Shown here one piece after another: positions 1-6,985 of a stretch of DNA of 50,314 bases. Source of the DNA: Candidatus Aminicenantes bacterium (GTDB lineage Bacteria; Acidobacteriota; Aminicenantia; S016-38); assembly GCA_027025175.1 (NCBI GenBank), contig JALVRF010000021.1, forward strand, positions 1 to 50,314, given 5' to 3'. Made by a program: the position numbers and the translations under genes. How positions within the stretch are numbered: position 1 is the first letter of the stretch; each line of letters starts with the position of its first letter. Under the pieces are notes generated by a model. It saw only the letters and a list, made by a program, of their open reading frames with translations, had not been told where the DNA came from and searched no databases.

Positions 1-2
1 TA

Positions 3-1700
3 GCAGTGGATATGGTGGAGGAGGGGCTTATCAACGAGAAGGAGGCAGTGCTCAGAGTGGAACCTGAGGCTTTAGAGCAGGTCCTTCACCCCATGTTTGA
101 CCTGGAGGAGAGAAAGAAGCACCAGCCTGTGGCCAAGGGGCTTCCCGCTTCCCCCGGGGCTGCCACGGGAAGGGCTGTATTCACCGCTGAAGATGCCGTT
201 CAATGGGCCAAGAGAGGGGAGAAGGTCATTCTGGTAAGGCCGGAGACTTCCCCGGAGGATATAGCAGGAATGAAGGCTGCCCAGGGTATATTAACCTCCA
301 CAGGCGGAATGACCTCCCACGCGGCGGTGGTGGGAAGGCAGATGGGTAAACCCGCAGTGGTTGGTTGCGGCGATATAAAGGTTTACGAGGAGGAGAAGAA
401 ATTTGAGGTAAAGGGGAAGGTGGTTAAGGAAGGGGATTGGGTTTCCATAGACGGAACCACCGGGGAAGTGTTTATAGCCAAACTTCCTACCGCCCCCTCG
501 GAGATAATTCAGGTGGTGATGGGAAAACTCCCCAGAGAGAAATCAAAACTTTATCCCTATTTTGAAAAACTCCTGACCTGGGCGGATAAATACAGAAAAC
601 TGGGGGTGAGGAGCAACGCGGATACCCCACACGATGCCCGCCTGGCCAGGTTATTCGGGGCAGAGGGTATAGGGCTTGCCAGAACCGAGCACATGTTCTT
701 CGCCCCGGAGCGCCTCCCCATAATGCAGAGCATGATTCTTGCAGAAGGGGAAGAAGAGCGCAGGGAAGCCCTTTCCAAACTCCTTCCCATGCAGAGGGAG
801 GACTTCTACGGGCTCCTGAAGGAAATGCAGGGATACGAGGTTACCATAAGGCTCCTTGACCCGCCACTTCACGAGTTCCTTCCCAAGAGGGAAGAACTGG
901 TGGAGGAGATTCATAAAAAGAAGAGAATCCTTGAAGCCATGGAATTTGAAGCCGAACATAGCGGTGAAGCGGAGAAGATAGTTGAGGAACTGGAAGCCGA
1001 GATAGAAAAACTGGAAAAACTCCTTGCCAGGGTTGAAGAGCTCCACGAGTTCAACCCCATGCTGGGACACAGGGGATGCCGTCTGGGAATAACCTTCAAC
1101 GAGATTACCGAAATGCAGGCAAGGGCCATATTTGAAGCAGCAGCAAGGCTCCTCAGGGAAGGAATAAAGGTCTATCCTGAGGTTATGGTTCCCTTAGTTG
1201 GGCATGTAAGGGAAATCGAGGACCAGAAGAGAGTCATAGACAAAGTGGCGAAGGAGGTTATGGAGGAGTACGGAGTGGAGATTCACTACAGGGTGGGGAC
1301 CATGATAGAGGTTCCCAGGGCGGCTTTGACAGCGGACCAGGTGGCCTCTGTGGCGGAGTTCTTCTCCTTTGGAACCAACGACCTTACCCAGATGACCTTT
1401 GCCCTGAGTCGTGACGATGCAGGGAAATTCCTGAACATTTACCTGGATAAAGGAATATGGCCCAAGGACCCCTTCCGCACCCTTGACAGGGATGGGGTGG
1501 GTGCGCTCATGAAAATAGCGGTGGAAAAAGGCAGGGCCACAAGGCCGGACCTCAAGATTGGAATATGCGGAGAACACGGAGGAGACCCAGAATCCATTTA
1601 CTTCTGCCACGAAATTGGACTTGATTATGTAAGCGCTTCTCCCTACAGGGTGCCTGTTGCAAGGCTGGCTGCGGCAAGAGCGGCCCTTCAGGAAAAATAA
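3..1700 (+). CDS. ppdK: Pyruvate, phosphate dikinase (5' truncated by window edge)
   Basis: Phospho-His motif GGMTSHAAVV, GLARTEHMFF, IRLLDPPLHEFLP, SFGTNDLTQ, GICGEHGG; frame open to window start. Confidence 0.97.
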   Translation, partial: AVDMVEEGLINEKEAVLRVEPEALEQVLHPMFDLEERKKHQPVAKGLPASPGAATGRAVFTAEDAVQWAKRGEKVILVRPETSPEDIAGMKAAQGILTSTGGMTSHAAVVGRQMGKPAVVGCGDIKVYEEEKKFEVKGKVVKEGDWVSIDGTTGEVFIAKLPTAPSEIIQVVMGKLPREKSKLYPYFEKLLTWADKYRKLGVRSNADTPHDARLARLFGAEGIGLARTEHMFFAPERLPIMQSMILAEGEEERREALSKLLPMQREDFYGLLKEMQGYEVTIRLLDPPLHEFLPKREELVEEIHKKKRILEAMEFEAEHSGEAEKIVEELEAEIEKLEKLLARVEELHEFNPMLGHRGCRLGITFNEITEMQARAIFEAAARLLREGIKVYPEVMVPLVGHVREIEDQKRVIDKVAKEVMEEYGVEIHYRVGTMIEVPRAALTADQVASVAEFFSFGTNDLTQMTFALSRDDAGKFLNIYLDKGIWPKDPFRTLDRDGVGALMKIAVEKGRATRPDLKIGICGEHGGDPESIYFCHEIGLDYVSASPYRVPVARLAAARAALQEK

Positions 1701-1714
1701 TTCAGAGCAATTTT

Positions 1715-1740
1715 GGGAGAGGGGGCTCCTCCTCTCCCTT
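1715..1740 (+). terminator. Hairpin after ppdK, probable intrinsic terminator
   Basis: GGGAGAGGGGG...CTCCTCTCCC inverted repeat 14 nt after the stop; short U tail. Confidence 0.65.
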
Positions 1741-1744
1741 AAAC

Positions 1745-1773
1745 TTGAATTCTTTAGTGGAACTGTATAAAAT
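1745..1773 (+). promoter_or_regulatory. Sigma70-type promoter, leaderless start of DUF507 pair
   Basis: TTGAAT-17 nt-TAAAAT, then 6 nt to ATG 1780; no SD. Confidence 0.7.
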
Positions 1774-1779
1774 TTCATT

Positions 1780-2058
1780 ATGAGGCTCTCTAAGAATCAG
1801 ATTGCCCACCTGGCGATGACCATCGTCAGGCAACTGGAGGAGGAGGGGAAGATTATAGTGGAAGACGAACACCGGCTCATAGAGGAGGTGGAGGAAATTA
1901 TAACCGAGGAATTCAGGAAGGAGGACGAAATAGAGGAGGAAGCCAAAAAACTCCTTCAGAATTACATTGAGGACATCCGCCGCTCCAGGATTGAATATAA
2001 CGAAGTTCTGAAAATGGCCAAGAGGAAATTGGCCAAGAAGAAGGGGGTGGTTCTGTGA
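1780..2058 (+). CDS. DUF507-family protein
   Basis: MRLS start, acidic helical middle, basic C-terminus ending KKKGVVL, as I recall for DUF507. Confidence 0.8.
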   Translation: MRLSKNQIAHLAMTIVRQLEEEGKIIVEDEHRLIEEVEEIITEEFRKEDEIEEEAKKLLQNYIEDIRRSRIEYNEVLKMAKRKLAKKKGVVL

Positions 2059-2348
2059 CGGTCAGGCTTTCCAGGGCCAAAATAAATCGTCTTGCCGACA
2101 TCGTTATAGAACTTCTTCAGCAGGTGGATTATGTGGACTTTCCCCCCGGAGTTGACGCACCTGCCCTGAGGGTTAGTATTAAAAAGGCCATAGAAAAGGA
2201 ACTCCATATGTACCAGGAAATAGAGGAGAAGGTAATCCAGAAGATAAAATCCCAGAGAAAAACCGTGGTGGAGGGCAGCAGGGAATGGGACATACTCTTC
2301 AGGAAATACTATAACGAAGAGATAGGTAAACTGGACAAGACCCTCTAA
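2055..2348 (+). CDS. DUF507-family protein (second paralog)
   Basis: VRLSRAKI start and EGSREWDILFRKYYNEE motif; GTGA overlap with upstream stop. Confidence 0.8.
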   Translation: MTVRLSRAKINRLADIVIELLQQVDYVDFPPGVDAPALRVSIKKAIEKELHMYQEIEEKVIQKIKSQRKTVVEGSREWDILFRKYYNEEIGKLDKTL

Positions 2349-2357
2349 TCTTTTGTC

Positions 2358-2386
2358 TTGACGGAAGAATTTTAAGGAGTTATACT
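2358..2386 (+). promoter_or_regulatory. Sigma70-type promoter
   Basis: TTGACG-17 nt-TATACT; SD AAGGAGG at 2419-2425. Confidence 0.75.
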
Positions 2387-2398
2387 GCTTCCTTAATT

Positions 2399-2417
2399 AA
2401 TGATTTTATAAATCATT
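2399..2417. promoter_or_regulatory. Palindromic operator candidate (Fur-box-like)
   Basis: AATGATTT-TAT-AAATCATT perfect 8-bp inverted repeat between promoter and SD. Confidence 0.5.
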
Positions 2418-2431
2418 TAAGGAGGCTTAAT

Positions 2432-3421
2432 ATGTTCGTATGCGACGATTTCGTAAAAAGAGCGAGGGTTTTCCGTTCCTATTTTGAAAAGGAGGGCCTC
2501 ACCCTGCGGCCATGCGCTTACGATGCCCTATCGGCCATTCTTATAGAAAAAGCTGGCTTTGATGTGGTAGGAACCTCGGGTTATGGGATTTCCGCATCTA
2601 TTATAGGACAGCCGGATATAGGGCTTGTGGGTTACGGAGAAATGGTGGAAAGGGTTAGAACCATGATAAATGCGGTTTCTCTACCGGTGGATGTGGATGC
2701 CGATACAGGATACGGTAACGCCCTTAATGTTTACTGGACCGTGAAAAACTTTGCAGGGATAGGAGCAGCCGGGATAAGGATTGAGGATCAGGTATGGCCT
2801 AAACGCTGTGGCCACATGGCAGGAAAGCAAATCATACCCACTGAGGAGATGATGAGAAAGATAAAGGCGGCTGTTAAGGCCAGGGAAGAGACTAACCCCT
2901 TTCTTGTAATTGGGGCCAGGACGGATGCAAGGAGCGTTTACGGTTTTAATGAAGTTCTTGAGAGGGCAAAGGCCTATGCAGAGGCCGGGGCAGACTATGT
3001 CTATATAGAGGCCCCCCAGTCCCTTGAAGAAGTGGAAACTCTGGTAAGGGAAGTTCCCGTCCCCATTTCCTTTAACATAATCCCTGGAGGGATGACCCCT
3101 CCATTTACCCTGAAACAACTTGAAGAGGCCGGTGTGAGATACCTTTCGGTGCCCATGGTTTGCCTTTACCCGGCGGTAAAAGCCATAAAGGAGGCCCTTG
3201 CTTCGCTAAGGGAAGGAGATCTTGGGAAACTTGTTCACATGGGGGTTTCCTGGAGCGAGTTTAACGAAATTGTAGGGCTGAACTTCTGGAGAAGCCTGGA
3301 GAAGGGGCTGCTTTCCTCTGAGGAACTTTTGGAAAAATACGGGTCCAGCAATGTGGAGGAGGTGGCAGAAAGGGAAAGAAAGGAAGCGGAAAACCGTTGG
3401 GCCGGTCAGAAGTTACAATGA
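2432..3421 (+). CDS. Isocitrate lyase/PEP mutase superfamily lyase (2-methylisocitrate lyase / 2,3-dimethylmalate lyase-like)
   Basis: YDALSA, DADTGYG, IEDQVWPKRCGH catalytic loop, ARTD, YAEAGAD. Confidence 0.88.
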   Translation: MFVCDDFVKRARVFRSYFEKEGLTLRPCAYDALSAILIEKAGFDVVGTSGYGISASIIGQPDIGLVGYGEMVERVRTMINAVSLPVDVDADTGYGNALNVYWTVKNFAGIGAAGIRIEDQVWPKRCGHMAGKQIIPTEEMMRKIKAAVKAREETNPFLVIGARTDARSVYGFNEVLERAKAYAEAGADYVYIEAPQSLEEVETLVREVPVPISFNIIPGGMTPPFTLKQLEEAGVRYLSVPMVCLYPAVKAIKEALASLREGDLGKLVHMGVSWSEFNEIVGLNFWRSLEKGLLSSEELLEKYGSSNVEEVAERERKEAENRWAGQKLQ

Positions 3422-3900
3422 CAGGATGGGGTCTTTTCCACGGCCGTCGTAATCTCATCCTTTCCCAGCGGAGAGCCTGAGGAGCCTGTTATGAAAAGTT
3501 CCGGACTCAGGAAGAACATGGTAGGAACCCTGTTTATTTTGCCGAAACATTTTCTCAGTTGAGGAGAATAAAGTACAACGGGGAAGGGCAGGTTCTTTTT
3601 CTTCAGAAATTCCTCCAGTAATTGGCGATTGGTATCCATTGAAATGGCCAGGACATTTTTACCTGTAATTTGTTTCAGGAGTTCCAGTTCCTTCTGACAG
3701 GCCAAGCAGGTGCTTTCAAAAAATACTATTATGAGGGGTTTGCCGTAAAAATCCTCAACGCGAATAGTCCTACCGTTGGTAGTCCTTAGAGGCATAATTC
3801 TGCAATTGTGGGAAAGACTTCTCCCATGGGAATGGGGGAGGAATATTATGACTGAAAAAAAGAACAGGCCCACTATTATGAGTTTCAGTTTAGAACCCAT
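3406..3900 (-). CDS. TlpA/ResA-like exported thioredoxin-fold protein
   Basis: N-terminal hydrophobic segment, CLAC (CxxC), cis-Pro loop RVPT. Confidence 0.8.
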   Translation of the reverse strand: MGSKLKLIIVGLFFFSVIIFLPHSHGRSLSHNCRIMPLRTTNGRTIRVEDFYGKPLIIVFFESTCLACQKELELLKQITGKNVLAISMDTNRQLLEEFLKKKNLPFPVVLYSPQLRKCFGKINRVPTMFFLSPELFITGSSGSPLGKDEITTAVEKTPSCHCNF

Positions 3901-6064
3901 ATTTTTCCCTCAGGCTCAGAAGCATCTGGTTTTTGGGATAGACGCTGAGGCCCTTCATCAACCATTTTTTTGCTGCTCCTGGATTTCCGAACTTCATGTA
4001 AAAGAGCGAAAGCAAATAATATGTCTGGGGGACAGGGGCCACCTTTTCCCCTATGAGCAATGTATGGATAGCCTCTGGCAGTTCGCCTTCCTCTTCTAAA
4101 AGCAGGGCAAGGTTCACATAGGGTTTGGGATTGGAGGGGAAGAATTTTATTTCCTTTCTATATTCTTCCTCTGCCCTGCCGTAATTTCCTTCCCTGGCGA
4201 AGATAACCCCTAAATTGAAGTGCAGGTCCACATAGCCCCTGGCATTTTTCTTTTCCACCTTCAGAAATTCCTCCTTCGCTTTCTGAATGAGGGAGGGATC
4301 GTTGTTCTTTACCCCCAGCCTGAGATAATCCAGGCCCAGTAGATAATGGGCATGGTCCAGGTCCGGGGCCAGTTTTAAAGCTTTTTTAAGGTATTTGTAA
4401 AATAGCGGGTATTTTTTCTCCTTGTAGTAAACCATGGCCTTCAGGCTATATCCTAAGGCCATTTTGGGGTCCTTTTCTATGAGAAGGTCAATGTGTTTGA
4501 GGGCTTCCTGATATTTGCCCATCCTGAAGTATACGCTTCCTATTCCAATAATGGCGGAGACGTCGTTGGGCCTTCTTCTGAGGAGTTCCTTGTAGAGTTC
4601 TATGGCCCTTTCGTAATTTCCCGCATTTTCGTTGACCCGGGCTGCCTGGGATATTACTTCTTCCATATCAGGGTCTTCCTTCAATATGGAGTCAAGAATC
4701 TCAGCCGCTCTCCTGTATAGACCCAGTTTGGCCAGGCTCATCCCCCTGCTGAGTTTTTCCAGAAGGTGAATTTTGGTCTTGGGATCCGGGAGTTTCTCAG
4801 ATGGAAGTTTCTCCTGGTGTATTATTCCCACATATCCCAGGGACTGAAGTTTCCGAAGGAATTCCGGGTCCACCTTTGAGGGCTTATCCTCTTTAAACTG
4901 CGACACCATGGCCTTGAGTTCCCGTTCCATTTTTTTCGAGTTCCCGAACCCATACCTGTTCTTTTTTTCCGTGGGGTCCCGGGTAAGGTCATAAAATTCC
5001 CTTATTGAAGAGAGGATGAAATGATTTTTTCCATCTATAAGGGAATACTGGGGAGCCCATCCGTAATGATATTTCCCGTAAAGGCTCTCGGAGTAGACCT
5101 CCCTTGTTCCTTCCCTGTCGGAAATCAAACTTTCCCCGTCCATTTTGTGGGGACATTTCATCTGGAAGTAATCACAAAGGGTGGGATATATGTCGGTGAG
5201 GGCTACCGCCCTTTTTATCCTTTTGAAGGGTCTCTTATTATTGGGGAACTTAATGACCAGGGGGATGTGGAGGTCCTCAATGTAAAGGAAAACCCCATGT
5301 TCGCTTTCCCCGTGGTTTTTAAGACCTTCCCCGTGGTCTGCAGCCATGATTATGAGGGACTTCTTATAAATGCCCATATCCTTTAGATATTTTATGAATT
5401 CTCCGATTATCTCGTCGGCATACAGAACCTCCCCTTCGTAAAGGCTCCTCTCCTCCTTTCTGAACCTTTCCGGGGGTTTATAGGGGGAATGAGGTTCATA
5501 TATGTGGAGAAACATGAAGAAATTGTCGTCCTTTTGTTTGTCAAGCCAGTCTTCTGCCAGGTGCACAGTCTGAATTCCCGGACGTTGCACCGCCCCTAAG
5601 GAAATGGCTCCTGTGGTGTTTTCTATGTTGTCCTCATAGAAGTCAAAACCCCTGGAAACCCCGGTCCTGTGATGAAGAACTATGGTGGATACGAATCCCG
5701 CAGTCCTCTTGCCATGAGCCTTCATCCATTCCGCTATGGTTTTTTCCTTTTTCTTGTACTGGAAGCCTATGTTGTCCCTTACCCCGGTATGAGGAGGAAT
5801 CATCCCGGTAAAGAGTGTGGTGTGGGAGGGAAGGGTGAGGGGAATATGGGTATAGGCATTTTCACAAACCATCCCATCCGAGGCCAATTTCTCCCAGGTC
5901 TTTGTCCTTTCGGCCTCAGGGCTAAAAACCGATACATGGTCGGCCCTCAGGGTGTCAATAACGATGATGAAAACAGGGGTTTTGGAAAAAGGGGCCCTTT
6001 TAAAACCCCTGGAACAGAAACTCAGTCCCATGGCTAAAAGGGCCACAATGGCAATCTTCCTCAT
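3890..6064 (-). CDS. Sulfatase-like (alkaline phosphatase superfamily) protein with C-terminal TPR array
   Basis: IDTLRAD, PLTLPSH...TG, EPHSPY, ADHGE...EHG; TPR helices in C-terminal part; start moved to ATG 6064 (SD GAGGGAGG, ATGA overlap with lgt, signal peptide). Confidence 0.88.
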   Translation of the reverse strand: MRKIAIVALLAMGLSFCSRGFKRAPFSKTPVFIIVIDTLRADHVSVFSPEAERTKTWEKLASDGMVCENAYTHIPLTLPSHTTLFTGMIPPHTGVRDNIGFQYKKKEKTIAEWMKAHGKRTAGFVSTIVLHHRTGVSRGFDFYEDNIENTTGAISLGAVQRPGIQTVHLAEDWLDKQKDDNFFMFLHIYEPHSPYKPPERFRKEERSLYEGEVLYADEIIGEFIKYLKDMGIYKKSLIIMAADHGEGLKNHGESEHGVFLYIEDLHIPLVIKFPNNKRPFKRIKRAVALTDIYPTLCDYFQMKCPHKMDGESLISDREGTREVYSESLYGKYHYGWAPQYSLIDGKNHFILSSIREFYDLTRDPTEKKNRYGFGNSKKMERELKAMVSQFKEDKPSKVDPEFLRKLQSLGYVGIIHQEKLPSEKLPDPKTKIHLLEKLSRGMSLAKLGLYRRAAEILDSILKEDPDMEEVISQAARVNENAGNYERAIELYKELLRRRPNDVSAIIGIGSVYFRMGKYQEALKHIDLLIEKDPKMALGYSLKAMVYYKEKKYPLFYKYLKKALKLAPDLDHAHYLLGLDYLRLGVKNNDPSLIQKAKEEFLKVEKKNARGYVDLHFNLGVIFAREGNYGRAEEEYRKEIKFFPSNPKPYVNLALLLEEEGELPEAIHTLLIGEKVAPVPQTYYLLSLFYMKFGNPGAAKKWLMKGLSVYPKNQMLLSLREKYGF

Positions 6065-6873
6065 TTTTCCTCCCTCAATTTTTTCTTTCCCCAGCGAAGA
6101 ATAAGCCACCCGGAAATTATCATAATTATACTGAGAAACTGGGGGAGAGACATGCTCAAATAGGGGCTGGAGGTCTTGAAAATATAACCTCCCCTTCCTG
6201 CATCTCCCCTGTAGAATTCCACGAAAAATCTTATGAGTCCGTAATTAATAAGGTAGTGGGCGGTTATTTCTCCGTCAAATCTTCTTCTTTTCCAGAGTTT
6301 TGTCAAGTAGAAGAAGTTTAGAAAGTCCAGGATAGATTCGTATAGCTGGGTAGGGTGAATTTTTACCCCGGCCATGGGATGACGGAAGGGACCTAAGTGA
6401 GGAAACACCATTCCCCAGGGCATGTTCGTTGGCCTTCCGAAACAGCATCCGGCGGAAAAACACCCCAGCCTTCCTATTCCCTGGGTAAGGGCCACGGCCC
6501 AGAAACCTATGTCAAGGGTCAGAACCCATTTATCTTTGAAGGTATAGCGGAGATAAATTATCCCGAAGACAACTCCAAACAGTAGGGCACCGTGGAAGGC
6601 CCCGCCAGTTTTGAAAACATTCCAGAGTCTCTGCGGATGTGTGATATTGAACATGGGATGGCGAATGAGCATAAGGAGAACCGAATAGAGCTGTGCGCCA
6701 ATTTTAGCCACAGCGGTTATGAGCAGGGCTGCTGCAAGGACTTCCCAGGGGTCAAGCCCCAATTTCTTCGCCTTTACCACGGCTATGGTTATACTCACCG
6801 CAATGGCTATGGCGTAAATAATGGAATAGGTATAGATTATTCTTCCATGGTATACGAACAAAATAGGATACAT
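6061..6873 (-). CDS. lgt: Prolipoprotein diacylglyceryl transferase
   Basis: MYPILF start, FHGAL, GRLGCFSAGCCFG, HPTQLYES, RFFVEFYR; multiple TM helices; start moved to ATG 6873. Confidence 0.92.
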   Translation of the reverse strand: MYPILFVYHGRIIYTYSIIYAIAIAVSITIAVVKAKKLGLDPWEVLAAALLITAVAKIGAQLYSVLLMLIRHPMFNITHPQRLWNVFKTGGAFHGALLFGVVFGIIYLRYTFKDKWVLTLDIGFWAVALTQGIGRLGCFSAGCCFGRPTNMPWGMVFPHLGPFRHPMAGVKIHPTQLYESILDFLNFFYLTKLWKRRRFDGEITAHYLINYGLIRFFVEFYRGDAGRGGYIFKTSSPYLSMSLPQFLSIIMIISGWLILRWGKKKLREEK

Positions 6874-6916
6874 ACTATTAAGGATAATAAAAATTTGGAA
6901 ATTTTTGAAAAAATCC

Positions 6917-6945
6917 TTGACTTTTTCAGGGCAGGTCAATATAAA
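6917..6945 (+). promoter_or_regulatory. Sigma70-type promoter of the S8 protease unit
   Basis: TTGACT-17 nt-TATAAA; SD GGGAGGTG before ATG 6986. Confidence 0.55.
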
Positions 6946-6985
6946 TATAAAAGGTATGAATTAAATTATAAAAAGGGAGGTGTCC

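Noticed and set aside
6874-6939. Longer lgt start (TTG 6939); likewise ORF-track starts at 6109, 6980, 14942, 44240, 46638 and 47552
   Set aside because: Extensions run through promoters or upstream genes; internal starts have an SD or -10 element and family-typical N-termini
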